NCBI GenBank assembly: GCA_958296135.2 | Contig: CATQHZ020000001.1 | Coordinates: 4,672,001-4,736,000, forward strand | Source of the DNA: an uncultured Poribacteria bacterium | GTDB lineage: Bacteria; Poribacteria; WGA-4E; WGA-3G | DNA length: 64,000 bases | Direction of reading: 5' to 3' | Notes under the pieces: model-generated | Seen by the model: the letters and a program-made list of their open reading frames with translations, nothing else | Database searches by the model: none | Told to the model about the DNA's origin: nothing | Shown: positions 1 through 9,113 of the stretch, in pieces | Position numbering within the stretch: position 1 is the first letter of the stretch | How the letters are laid out: the number at the start of each line of letters is the position of its first letter | Position numbers and translations under genes: made by a program

Positions 1-480
1 GTAGAGGCCGTGACTCATGTCGTGGAAGTATTCGGCGCGGCAGTGGACAAACTCACCGAACGCGCCTTCAGCCGCTTTCCGCCGACAAAAAACTGCCTCC
101 GGCCGGAAATAACTCGTCTCGCCGTTCATATAAATCATCCCGGTGCGTTCAACGGTGCGGACTAGCCGTTCACATTCGTCCAGGGAAACAGCGGCTGGGA
201 CAGCCGTATAGACGTGTTTCCCGGCTTCCATTGCTTGAATCGCCTGTGGCGCGTGCATCCAGTGCTGCGTGATAATCACGAGCGCATCTAAATCCGAGCC
301 GCAAATCTCATCGAGACTCCGATACGTCTCGGAGATTTGGAACTGGTTTGCCCATTTCGACAGCCGGTCTGCGCGTAAATCGCACAAGGCGAGGCGATGC
401 ACGTCCGGATGCGCTTTAAACGAACCGATAAACGCCGGGCCGAACATCCCTAGGCCTACCATGCCGATGCTGATACTCAT
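1..480 (-). CDS. Gfo/Idh/MocA family oxidoreductase (3' end beyond window)
   Basis: Manual translation from ATG at 480: MSISIGMVGLGMFG...ALVIITQHWMHAPQAIQAMEAGKHVY; Rossmann motif. Confidence 0.85.
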   Translation of the reverse strand, partial: MSISIGMVGLGMFGPAFIGSFKAHPDVHRLALCDLRADRLSKWANQFQISETYRSLDEICGSDLDALVIITQHWMHAPQAIQAMEAGKHVYTAVPAAVSLDECERLVRTVERTGMIYMNGETSYFRPEAVFCRRKAAEGAFGEFVHCRAEYFHDMSHGLY

Positions 481-677
481 TCGTTCTCCTTAAACGGATC
501 TTCTCTCGTCAGTTCCCCGTTGGGCAGTTCGTAGTAGATGTACCCATTAAAAGAATAGACGTTGGGAATGCCCTTCTTGCGGTTCTCTGCCTGAGCTCTT
601 TTGACCGCCCGATTGCCGATTCGCAAGAACTCACGCGCCTGTTTGTAGGTTTCCAGGCTTAATTCGTCTTGACACAT
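477..677 (-). CDS. Small hypothetical protein of the type found downstream of COG4185/zeta-toxin-like ATPases
   Basis: 66 aa 'GNRAVKRAQAENRKKGIPNVYSFNGYIYYE'; GGAGG RBS; 2 nt downstream of the ATPase remnant stop. Confidence 0.65.
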   Translation of the reverse strand: MCQDELSLETYKQAREFLRIGNRAVKRAQAENRKKGIPNVYSFNGYIYYELPNGELTREDPFKENE

Positions 678-679
678 TG

Positions 680-858
680 TTATCCTCCGTTGCGAACATC
701 GTGCATAAACAATTCAAAGAAATCTCCGTTGGTGACTGTCAATTGATTCCGTTCACCAGAGGCGACTTCCTGAAAATGTTCCCCAGAGTTGTAGAACAAA
801 TTCCACCTATCTACCAGGTTCCTGTTGGACCGGCGATGATTATCACATTTTTCAACAC
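680..858 (-). pseudogene. Internally deleted zeta-toxin-like / COG4185 P-loop ATPase
   Basis: N-terminus VLKNVIIIAGP (Walker A lead-in) joined out of frame to C-terminus RNLVDRWNLFYNSGEHFQEVASGE...GG*. Confidence 0.6.
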
Positions 859-939
859 GGGTTTGCCTTCCTATCTTCCGATTTCCTCGTCCAGGGTCTC
901 GGCGCGCAAAAAATTAAAATTGACGCTGGACACACTGAC

Positions 940-968
940 ATTATACCACATTCACTTTATTGTGTCAA
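940..968 (-). promoter_or_regulatory. Sigma70 promoter (perfect consensus)
   Basis: TTGACA-17 nt-TATAAT on minus strand with TGn extended -10. Confidence 0.8.
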
Positions 969-1027
969 ATTAATTTTTAGGTTGGTTCAGAACGATTCAG
1001 TTCACTACATGTGCCACATTAAATTTC

Positions 1028-1056
1028 TTGACAAAATCGCGAACAACCCCTATAAT
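1028..1056 (+). promoter_or_regulatory. Sigma70 promoter (perfect consensus)
   Basis: TTGACA-aaatcgcgaacaacccc-TATAAT upstream of ORF 1095. Confidence 0.85.
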
Positions 1057-1094
1057 TGGAAACAGATTCTTGACTTATCAGAAGGAATGAGAAT

Positions 1095-2174
1095 ATGGCA
1101 TTAAAAGTCGGCGTTGTGGGCATGAGCGGCATCGGCAACAATCATGCAAACTGCCACGCCCAAGATGAATTAGCCGAACTCGTCGCGGTGTGCGATATTG
1201 TGAAGGAACGCGCAGACACCGCCGCCGAACGCCTCGGCGTTAAGGCATACTACCGCCTAGCCGATATGATTGATGGCGAACCAGACCTGGACATCGTCGA
1301 TGTCGGCACCGGCGGAAACGAAAACGGCAGCTGGCACTATGAACCGACGATGGAAGCACTGGAGAACGGGAAGCACGTGCTGGTAGAAAAACCTATCTCC
1401 AATGATATCGGGCAAGCGCGCGATATGGTGGCGAAAGCCACCGAGAAAGAACTCTACCTCGGATGCAACCTCAACCACTACTTCACGCCGCCCGCCGAGC
1501 AGGCGAAGAAATACATCGACAACGGCCAAATCGGCGAGCAGGTTTACTGCTTGCACAAGATGGGGTTTGCCGGCGGCGAATTCAACTACCAACCGTCAAA
1601 GGCACCGCGTTCTGACGGATTTCCGTATTTCCACGTGAAGGCATTTTTGTCACACCCGCTCAGCGTGATGCGCCATTTCTGCGGCGATGTAACACACGTG
1701 CAAGCCTTCATGGAACGGCCGCACTTCCGCAGACGCGAGAATGATCTGATGCTCTCCATTAACAGCATCCACCTCCGTTTTCAGAACGGATGCATCGGCT
1801 ACCTGCTGAGCCAGCGCGGGGACGCAACGTTCGGGCTCGGCGGCTGGTGGAGCGTCGAAGTGGCCGGCACGCGCGGCACGTTCTGTATTGAGAACTGCAT
1901 CGAGAAGATCACGTTTTGGCCCTCCCCCGGTGCACCAGAGAGTTCCAGCGAACCGATTGTCACCGAATCCGGCATCAGCGATTTCGGACAGACATTTCCG
2001 CTACGCATCCATGCATTTTTAGAGGATGTCACGAACGAGGTACCGAAGGAGAAGTTGCGCGCCTCCGGCAGAGATGCACTCGCCGCGCTGGAATATACGT
2101 GGGCGGCCATCGAGTCTTATGAACAGGGCGGCATTCTGGTGCGCCCGCATCCGCTGCCTACATTGCATGGGTAA
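1095..2174 (+). CDS. Gfo/Idh/MocA family oxidoreductase
   Basis: KVGVVGMSGIG, ALENGKHVLVEKP. Confidence 0.9.
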   Translation: MALKVGVVGMSGIGNNHANCHAQDELAELVAVCDIVKERADTAAERLGVKAYYRLADMIDGEPDLDIVDVGTGGNENGSWHYEPTMEALENGKHVLVEKPISNDIGQARDMVAKATEKELYLGCNLNHYFTPPAEQAKKYIDNGQIGEQVYCLHKMGFAGGEFNYQPSKAPRSDGFPYFHVKAFLSHPLSVMRHFCGDVTHVQAFMERPHFRRRENDLMLSINSIHLRFQNGCIGYLLSQRGDATFGLGGWWSVEVAGTRGTFCIENCIEKITFWPSPGAPESSSEPIVTESGISDFGQTFPLRIHAFLEDVTNEVPKEKLRASGRDALAALEYTWAAIESYEQGGILVRPHPLPTLHG

Positions 2175-2179
2175 TAATC

Positions 2180-2390
2180 TAGAACTTATACCCAATTCAC
2201 ACCTGTAGTTCTGGCTCGCCCTGCTTCGCAGGAAACCCGAACAGTGGACATTGCTACAGGAAGATGGACGATTAGGAAAACCTGGCTTTACCTACAGAAA
2301 TGACAAAGTTCTGGCGTGATGGGCAAGAGCCGGCGAATCTCCACCTACAGCGGAAACCAGACGAATCAACGTCATTGGGTATAAGTCCTA
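2180..2390. mobile_element. MITE-like unit with 17-bp terminal inverted repeats containing REP-like hairpins
   Basis: TAGAACTTATACCCAAT (2180-2196) vs ATTGGGTATAAGTCCTA (2374-2390), 16/17 match; interior related to 29640-29870. Confidence 0.55.
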
Positions 2391-2437
2391 TTGATTCTAC
2401 AGAACAAGGCGATCTGGTATCTGAAAGGAGAATTTGA

Positions 2438-3235
2438 TTGAAACTTGGAGCAAATTCGGTGCTGTTCGGCGGTTATGATATGGAGACCGCGTTCAAGCAC
2501 ATCGCTATGGCTGGCTACGATGGCATTGAACTCTCGGCGATTGACGGGATGAGCCAGCACCTCGTCCTCGCAAACTGGCAGGAACTCGCAAGCAACATTA
2601 AACGCCTCGCCAAGAAATACGAACTAGAGTTGTTGGCGATGGAGCAACCCTCCCGCGCCCCGGAGAAAATGGAACTCGCGTTCCAAGCGGCGATTGAGAT
2701 CGGCATTCCGATTATTAACTGCGGCCCCGGCGGCGCGTCAGACGATGAGAACGCGTGGGGAGAGGTCATCGATTCGTTGGGCAGTCTCTCAGCGCGGGCG
2801 GAACACTACGGCGTAACGCTGTGCGTCAAGGCGCATGTCGGCGCGAGCATCTATAATACGCCGACAACGCTACGCGCAATGGAGGCGATTTCATCGCCAG
2901 CGTTCGGGATTGACATGGATCCGTCGCATATCCATCGCGCCGATGAAAACCCGGTGGCGGCCATCGCCGCGGTTATCTCGCGCGTGAAACATGTGCATAT
3001 CCGCGATTGCAAGGGCAAACAGCGCGGCCCCGGTGATGCCGAACTTCAAGCAAATGGGCGCGGTGACATCGATCTGGTGGGGTATATCCGCGTGTTGCAT
3101 GAGAACCGGTATACGGGCCCGTTGAACCTAGAGGTTATCGGTGCGCGGGAATATAGCCTTGCGCAGTGTTGCACGATTGCCGCCGAATCGCGCGGGCACA
3201 TGCAGGCGTGTTTGCAGGCGTGTGGTGCCCGTTAA
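2438..3235 (+). CDS. Sugar phosphate isomerase/epimerase (xylose isomerase-like TIM barrel)
   Basis: AGYDGIEL, DMDPSH, KHVHIRD, GRGDID, YTGPLNLE; AAAGGAG RBS. Confidence 0.9.
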   Translation: MKLGANSVLFGGYDMETAFKHIAMAGYDGIELSAIDGMSQHLVLANWQELASNIKRLAKKYELELLAMEQPSRAPEKMELAFQAAIEIGIPIINCGPGGASDDENAWGEVIDSLGSLSARAEHYGVTLCVKAHVGASIYNTPTTLRAMEAISSPAFGIDMDPSHIHRADENPVAAIAAVISRVKHVHIRDCKGKQRGPGDAELQANGRGDIDLVGYIRVLHENRYTGPLNLEVIGAREYSLAQCCTIAAESRGHMQACLQACGAR

Positions 3236-3338
3236 CAGAAACGGACAAAGATTGTAAGGGCGGATGTCTCTATCCGCCCTAATGGAAATCCGCCTTACAG
3301 TCTACGGTTCAGCGGGTGTCGCACTCAGGAAAGCACGC

Positions 3339-4133
3339 CTACCGGAGAAGGATTTCTGATAACGGGATGCCACTGTTAAACATCTGCACCGGCGGGAGTG
3401 GTTCTTCCACTTCCGCTAATCCGCACAGCCACCGCCAGGTGAGTTCACCTCTGCGCCGGTCGCGGTAAGATTCTACTTCCGTTACATACGCATGCCGCCC
3501 GGCGTGCTGATAAGGCGGCATTTCATCGGAATCGCGCGCCCAATCCCGCTGGGGCATCGCCGTGCGGAAATAGGAAAACTTAATCATCCCGCGTCTGTCG
3601 GCGTTGAGCTTCGGGCCAGCCTTATGCCAGATGCCGTAGCGCGTCATCGCAACGGTGCCTGCAGGCACGGTGAGGGAGAGTTGGCCCAGAATATCGCCGT
3701 AATGCGCGATTGCCTCCCGGTCAACGAGCCGGTGGTGTGAACCGGGCAGAATCATCGTCGGGCCGTCCTCAATTTTCACCGCTTTCGGGTAGTAATAGCA
3801 TTGAAGGTGCGTGATGCCGTAGCCGCGTTCGGTGAGCCCATCGGAGTGCCACGTTTGGCCGAGGTGCGCCGCTTCAAAGAGGTGATGGTGCGCGCTCGTC
3901 GGGACAAGGAAATCCTCGCCTAAGAGCGAACGCGCGACACCTGCAACCCCCGGGTGTAGCAACACGTTGCGGCGGAATTCATCGGTGCAAACAAAATCGC
4001 TCAGATGTCCGCCCGGCACCGATTGGCAGTCACAGTTGAAATCTGCATCGACGATGCGCTCTAGCATGATATATCCGTTGTGGATAAACTGCATGACTTG
4101 CGTGTCATTCAGCGTTGGTTCAATGTGAATCAT
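3339..4133 (-). CDS. Phytanoyl-CoA dioxygenase (PhyH) family 2OG-Fe(II) oxygenase
   Basis: WHSD, GPTMILPGSH, WH triad. Confidence 0.85.
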   Translation of the reverse strand: MIHIEPTLNDTQVMQFIHNGYIMLERIVDADFNCDCQSVPGGHLSDFVCTDEFRRNVLLHPGVAGVARSLLGEDFLVPTSAHHHLFEAAHLGQTWHSDGLTERGYGITHLQCYYYPKAVKIEDGPTMILPGSHHRLVDREAIAHYGDILGQLSLTVPAGTVAMTRYGIWHKAGPKLNADRRGMIKFSYFRTAMPQRDWARDSDEMPPYQHAGRHAYVTEVESYRDRRRGELTWRWLCGLAEVEEPLPPVQMFNSGIPLSEILLR

Positions 4134-4142
4134 GTCGGTCCC

Positions 4143-4502
4143 TCAAACAAATTTCTCTAAAATAAATTCAAAACCGAGGTAGGCGTTGTCCACATCCGAA
4201 AAATTGTGGAGTTCGGGGCGCGGGAATTGCACAATCCGCCAGCCATCGCGAACCGCTTCCAACACGGAGGTGTATGGCGCGTCTTGCGAGGGGAGCCTCG
4301 GTTCTTCCGGCGCGGTCGCGTCGTACAACGCCCATCCGCCGATGGCTGAACGCAAGTTCGTCGATTTGGAATAGAGATAGAGGATGAACTGTTTCTCTCC
4401 GGCCGGCACTGTGGGCATGCCGCCCAGGTCTGCCGCTGTCAACTCGCCCGCGTTCAGTTTTTCGATGCAGTCGTCAAGCCACTGTTTTATCGCTGGTTTC
4501 AC
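4143..4502 (-). CDS. Conserved hypothetical protein co-transcribed with PhyH
   Basis: GTG start after GGGAG RBS; motif PYTSVLEAVRDGWRIVQFP. Confidence 0.65.
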   Translation of the reverse strand: MKPAIKQWLDDCIEKLNAGELTAADLGGMPTVPAGEKQFILYLYSKSTNLRSAIGGWALYDATAPEEPRLPSQDAPYTSVLEAVRDGWRIVQFPRPELHNFSDVDNAYLGFEFILEKFV

Positions 4503-4602
4503 GTAAAGGTTCTCCCTTGTTGATGAGTGCCTGCATGCTAGCATAAAAATGGAAAATATGGTATCATAAAAGGGTGTCCAGTTATCTCGTGCAAGGAGAA
4601 TT

Positions 4603-4833
4603 ATGGATAGGAAACCGCGCAAAAAGCGGAAGAAGGCCCCCAGTAGACGCACACAGCGCGAAAGCATGCGCCCCAAATGTCACAACACACAAGGACTGAA
4701 AAAGTCCGGAAAAGGCAGATATGAGGCATCCATTGCCGATTTCAACAGGGCCATCCAACTCAAACAGGATTACGCCGAGGCATACTACAACCGGGGGAGC
4801 TCACTCGCACAAGATGAGTGCGTCCATACCTAA
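4603..4833 (+). pseudogene. Truncated TPR protein remnant
   Basis: AAGGAG RBS; 'YEASIADFNRAIQLKQDYAEAYYNRG' ends after about 1.3 TPR units. Confidence 0.55.
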
Positions 4834-4979
4834 GGTTCCTCCGCACCGCCAGAAGCGGCGGACGCACTAGCCAAGATTGTGCGGCCAGAAAGGAACCCTG
4901 GGATTCTCTTGCTTCTTCGTTGAAATACCAAGACTATAAGCATTGACAACGTCAATGCACCCCAACAAGACAACCCCTG

Positions 4980-6635
4980 ATGAACAAACGCAGCCAAACA
5001 ACGCATTGCGAAAAACAAAAAAATCGGTTCTTGTCTGTAACTCTATTTGCAATTTTAAGTTTCGCGAACACCTTGCACTCGGTAGACATCCAATTTGTGG
5101 ACGTTACCGAACAAGCCGGCATCCACTTTAAACACGCAGGCGGCATCGATTTACGCGTCGTTCCCGCGCTCGTCGGTTCCGGCGCAGCGTGGCGAGACAT
5201 TGACAACGATGGCGACTTGGAGCTCTACATCGTCAATAGTGCCACAGTGAGGCCGGAACCGGGGACGATACTGCCGCAAAACGCGCTCTATCGCAATAAC
5301 GGCGATGGCACGTTCACCGATATCACCGAAATTGCCGGCGTTGGCGATACCGGGTGGGGCATGGGCTGCGCCTTCGCCGATTACGATAACGATGGCGACG
5401 CAGAGCTCTACGTTACCAACTACAAGGCGAATGTCTTTTATCGGAACGACGGTGAGGGACGGTTCAAGAAGTTTTCAGCGGGTGCAGGCGGCATCGGGCA
5501 CGCAGGCTTCGGTTCTGGTATCGCCTGGGGCGATTACGATGCCGACGGCTTTCTCGATCTCTACGTTGGCAACTATATCGAGTATACCAAAGTCCCGCAA
5601 GGGGAAGAGGTGTTTTTTCCTTACGACTTTTTCGGGCAAGCGAACGTGCTTTATCTCAACAAAGGCGATGGCGGATTTATCAATGTCACCGAGGCAGCCA
5701 AGGTTACCGGCGGGTTTCATCTGACGCTCGGAGTCGCCGCTGCAGACTACGATGCCGATGGCGATTTGGACATTTACCTCGCGAACGACACAGATCAGAA
5801 TATCCTCTATCGGAATGATGGCGAGGTGACGTTCACGAATACCAATCAACCGGATGCCAGAAGCCGGACAGGCGACATCCGCAGCGGGATGGGGATTGCC
5901 TGGGGCGATTACGATAACGATGCAGACTTGGATCTCTTCGTTACGAATTGGCTTGACGAAAATAACGTTCTGTATGAAAATAACGGCGATGGCACGTTCA
6001 CCGATGTTTCCGCGCGGAGCGGCATCTTTGCGTCTGGGCTCGGCAAAACGTGTTGGGGCACCGCGCTGTTTGATGCCGATAACGATGGGGACTTGGACCT
6101 CTTTTTCGCGTGCGGGCACATCGATCCTGCCTCGTGGGAAGCACACGGACAGCACGATGTCATGCTCCGTAACAACGGCGATGGCACTTTCACCGATATA
6201 TCCAAAGCCGCGGGGCTGCACCAATTTGATTCCCCTGGCGTTGGGCGCGGTGTCGCCGTCGGGGACTACGATGCCGATGGCGATTTGGACCTGGTTATTG
6301 TCAACAGCGGCGGCAAACCGATGCTGCTCCGCAACGAGGGTGCCCGCGCTGTCGAAAAACGGCAGAATTGGCTGCATCTCCGCACTATCGGCACGGTAAG
6401 CAACCGCGATGGCATTGGCGCGCTCGTGACGGTGCAATCGGGAAACCTCCGCCAAATATCGCAGGTTGCTGCGGGCGACAGTTATCTCTCGCAGAGTAGC
6501 CCGGCGTTGGAATTCGGACTTGGGCACCGCGAAAAGGTTGACAGTGTTGTTATCCAATGGCCGAGTGGGATTGTGCAAACGGTGAGAGATGTGCGCGCAA
6601 ATCAGCGGCTCACTATAGTTGAAAAGGCGGAGTAG
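4980..6635 (+). CDS. CRTAC1-family FG-GAP repeat / ASPIC-UnbV protein
   Basis: Repeated DYDNDGDLDL and NNGDGTFTD; C-terminal NRDGIGA...FGLG...IQWPSG; start uncertain. Confidence 0.9.
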   Translation: MNKRSQTTHCEKQKNRFLSVTLFAILSFANTLHSVDIQFVDVTEQAGIHFKHAGGIDLRVVPALVGSGAAWRDIDNDGDLELYIVNSATVRPEPGTILPQNALYRNNGDGTFTDITEIAGVGDTGWGMGCAFADYDNDGDAELYVTNYKANVFYRNDGEGRFKKFSAGAGGIGHAGFGSGIAWGDYDADGFLDLYVGNYIEYTKVPQGEEVFFPYDFFGQANVLYLNKGDGGFINVTEAAKVTGGFHLTLGVAAADYDADGDLDIYLANDTDQNILYRNDGEVTFTNTNQPDARSRTGDIRSGMGIAWGDYDNDADLDLFVTNWLDENNVLYENNGDGTFTDVSARSGIFASGLGKTCWGTALFDADNDGDLDLFFACGHIDPASWEAHGQHDVMLRNNGDGTFTDISKAAGLHQFDSPGVGRGVAVGDYDADGDLDLVIVNSGGKPMLLRNEGARAVEKRQNWLHLRTIGTVSNRDGIGALVTVQSGNLRQISQVAAGDSYLSQSSPALEFGLGHREKVDSVVIQWPSGIVQTVRDVRANQRLTIVEKAE

Positions 6636-6703
6636 TGCCGCCAAAAAAAGAGTTGAAATGAGAAACGGAATATGCTACGCTTAATCAAAAAAGGAGGATA
6701 CGC

Positions 6704-7354
6704 ATGCAACGAAGTCTATTATCCGTAATGCTGCTCACGCTTTTTGTAGCAGTAGCCATCGTTCATGATGCCGTGCCTGCCGAGGAAATTCGGGTGTGGG
6801 GCGGTAAAGTGGAAGATTTCAAAGATTCCGATGGGCGCATCTGGCACGGCGGACAGAACGAGAAGAAAGAGTGGGGCGGCTGGATAGAGAAACTGCCGCG
6901 CACGGCAGAAGTGGTGCAGCTCACCAAAGATGCAGAGAAACTCGCCAAACAGGAAGGATACGATAAAGAACTCTTCTATGCTGTCAGCTGGGCGCAATTC
7001 CCGGATACCGTCAAAATGGATTTGAAAACCGGGAAAGGCACCTTTAACGTAACGTATCTCGTCGGAGAACACTGGTCTCCCAACAACCGCGGCTTTGATA
7101 TTATCATCGAAGATGAAGTGGTGGAGGAGGAGTATGTCACCCCCGGCAATCACGAGATAGACATTAAACGCTATGAGGGCATTGAGGTGAAGGACAAGGT
7201 GATGAGCCTTGAATTTGCCGGGAATCCGAAGACCGGGGCCGGTGACCTCAACGCCATGTTCAGCGGGATAGAGGTGATTCCCGCGCTTGCCGTAGCGCCG
7301 CAGCAAAAACTCACGACGACGTGGGGCGCGCTCAAAGGCGAACGGCAAAACTAA
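6704..7354 (+). CDS. Secreted malectin-like protein with KL.T.WG.LK tail
   Basis: Signal peptide; DSDGRIW, GTFNVTYLVGEHW...RGFDIII, FSGIEV; tail AVAPQQKLTTTWGALK. Confidence 0.7.
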   Translation: MQRSLLSVMLLTLFVAVAIVHDAVPAEEIRVWGGKVEDFKDSDGRIWHGGQNEKKEWGGWIEKLPRTAEVVQLTKDAEKLAKQEGYDKELFYAVSWAQFPDTVKMDLKTGKGTFNVTYLVGEHWSPNNRGFDIIIEDEVVEEEYVTPGNHEIDIKRYEGIEVKDKVMSLEFAGNPKTGAGDLNAMFSGIEVIPALAVAPQQKLTTTWGALKGERQN

Positions 7355-7465
7355 CAATATAGACGCAGGTGCCCCCCGTAGGCACGGTTTGAAACCCGCT
7401 TATTGATACTCATGGACTCTTGCGTCTATGTCAAAGCGCTCTCCTGAGCGCGAAGGAGACATGTT

Positions 7466-8116
7466 ATGAAATTGTTCACTGTTTTAACCTTAATGATTGT
7501 TCTCGCCGCCGCCGCTGCGGTGCCGGTTGTGCTAGCACAAGATGCCTTCCGGGTCAAAGGCGGCACGGCAGACGACTTCACCGATTCGCAGGGGCGCGTC
7601 TGGAACGGCGCGCAACAGGAAGATCAGGCGTGGGGCGGCTGGATCGAGAAAGCACCGCGCACCGCCGAAGTCACAAACTTGACCGCGGATGCGCAAGCAC
7701 AAGCGGAAGAAGCCGGCTACGATGTGGAACTCTTCTACGCTGTCAGTTGGGCGCAGTTCCCAGACACCGTGAAGTATCAGTTCAAAACCGGCGACGGCAC
7801 TTTCGACGTTACCTATCTCGTCGGAGAACACTGGTCTCCCAACAACCGCGGCTTTGATATTATCATCGAAGGCGAGGTTGTGGAGGCACTCTACGTGACA
7901 CCCGGCCAAGACGAGATAGACATCAAAATCTACGCGGGCATTGAAGTTAGCGATGGCACGCTAGATTTTGATTTCGCGGGAAACGCGGAAACCGGTGCCG
8001 GCGATCTCAACGCCATGTTCAGTGCATTAGAGGTGCTACCTGCCGTAAGCACTGCGGTTGACGCGAAGGCAAAACTCGCGACGACATGGGGCGCGCTGAA
8101 GAGCAATCGGCAGTAA
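7466..8116 (+). CDS. Secreted malectin-like protein, paralog of 6704..7354
   Basis: Shared blocks ELFYAVSWAQFPDTVK and VTYLVGEHWSPNNRGFDIIIE; tail AVDAKAKLATTWGALK. Confidence 0.7.
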   Translation: MKLFTVLTLMIVLAAAAAVPVVLAQDAFRVKGGTADDFTDSQGRVWNGAQQEDQAWGGWIEKAPRTAEVTNLTADAQAQAEEAGYDVELFYAVSWAQFPDTVKYQFKTGDGTFDVTYLVGEHWSPNNRGFDIIIEGEVVEALYVTPGQDEIDIKIYAGIEVSDGTLDFDFAGNAETGAGDLNAMFSALEVLPAVSTAVDAKAKLATTWGALKSNRQ

Positions 8117-8128
8117 GCCACTTTATCC

Positions 8129-8155
8129 GTAGGCGCGCTTTGAAAGCGCGCCTAC
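8129..8155. repeat. GTAG-type REP palindrome between convergent genes (likely also terminator)
   Basis: GTAGGCGCGCTTTGAAAGCGCGCCTAC; relatives at ~7379, 12861, 44213-44239, 45163, 47188-47214, 48077-48103. Confidence 0.8.
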
Positions 8156-8157
8156 GG

Positions 8158-8934
8158 TTATTCGGCAATTGGCGGCGTTAAATCGCCGCTTAAAATTGTC
8201 GGACACCAGAATTTCTCAATATACTCAATGATCAGCTGCGTCCCCGCTTCGTGGCTCACATAAGGCGGCTTAAACGGGTTATACATCGCATCGGTGAGAT
8301 CGCGGGCCAGCACGGCGTTAAAGCCCCAGCGCACCATCTGCTTAATCGCGAAAGAACGTCCCAAAACACACATGTTCGTATGAACACCCATGAAGATGAT
8401 GTTCCGGATGCCTTTGTGATGGAGCAGGTTGTAAACCTCCTGTCCATCGTCGCTAATCGCGTCTGTGTCGCAGAGCTCAATCGCTGGATGCTGGCGATGC
8501 CACGCCTTGTAAGTGTCCATCTCGCCGGTGTCCGAACCGCCATCGGAGGCATCAACAGGCAGCGGCGGATCTGGGAGTTCGCGTTCCGCAGGCGGTTCCG
8601 CGTGCGGAAGTCCCAGCACCCATTGCCGCGCAGCATGTGCCCCGTAAAAATCCATCGTATCGGAAGGCGCGTGGATAATCTGCACACCGCGCGCGCGCGC
8701 GCGTCCAAGCACGATGTTCATCCGCGGAGCCATCACATTCACCCGTTCCGTTGCTCCCCAGGACCAGTGTCTGTCCCACATATCCACCACGATGATAGCG
8801 GTTTCGGCAACCTTCCACGCCACTTCTTCCTCAATGACGCGCCAGCCGTTGCGTCCGACGGTGCGTGCTTCCTGTCGGCGAACTGAGAGCGACAGCGCGT
8901 CCGAAAGTGTCTTGTTTTCATTGTCAAGTTGCAT
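8158..8934 (-). CDS. Isochorismatase/cysteine hydrolase family protein
   Basis: TAIIVVDMW, GVHTNMCV, ARDLTD. Confidence 0.8.
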   Translation of the reverse strand: MQLDNENKTLSDALSLSVRRQEARTVGRNGWRVIEEEVAWKVAETAIIVVDMWDRHWSWGATERVNVMAPRMNIVLGRARARGVQIIHAPSDTMDFYGAHAARQWVLGLPHAEPPAERELPDPPLPVDASDGGSDTGEMDTYKAWHRQHPAIELCDTDAISDDGQEVYNLLHHKGIRNIIFMGVHTNMCVLGRSFAIKQMVRWGFNAVLARDLTDAMYNPFKPPYVSHEAGTQLIIEYIEKFWCPTILSGDLTPPIAE

Positions 8935-9113
8935 CAGTCTCTCCTTTACAAAAAACTTGCCCGTATTTTATCATAATTCCACCGTTATCTCAATCTTAAT
9001 TCTCCCAGTCATAACGCCCCCCCCGGTCTGGATGCGTGCCACGATGTCTATCGCTGTTCAAAAAATGAACAGCATATCGCACATTCTATCCAAAAAACAA
9101 CGCCTGGGTAACC

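Noticed and set aside
5475-6644. 389-aa antisense ORF
   Set aside because: Shadow of the CRTAC1-like gene; no motifs.
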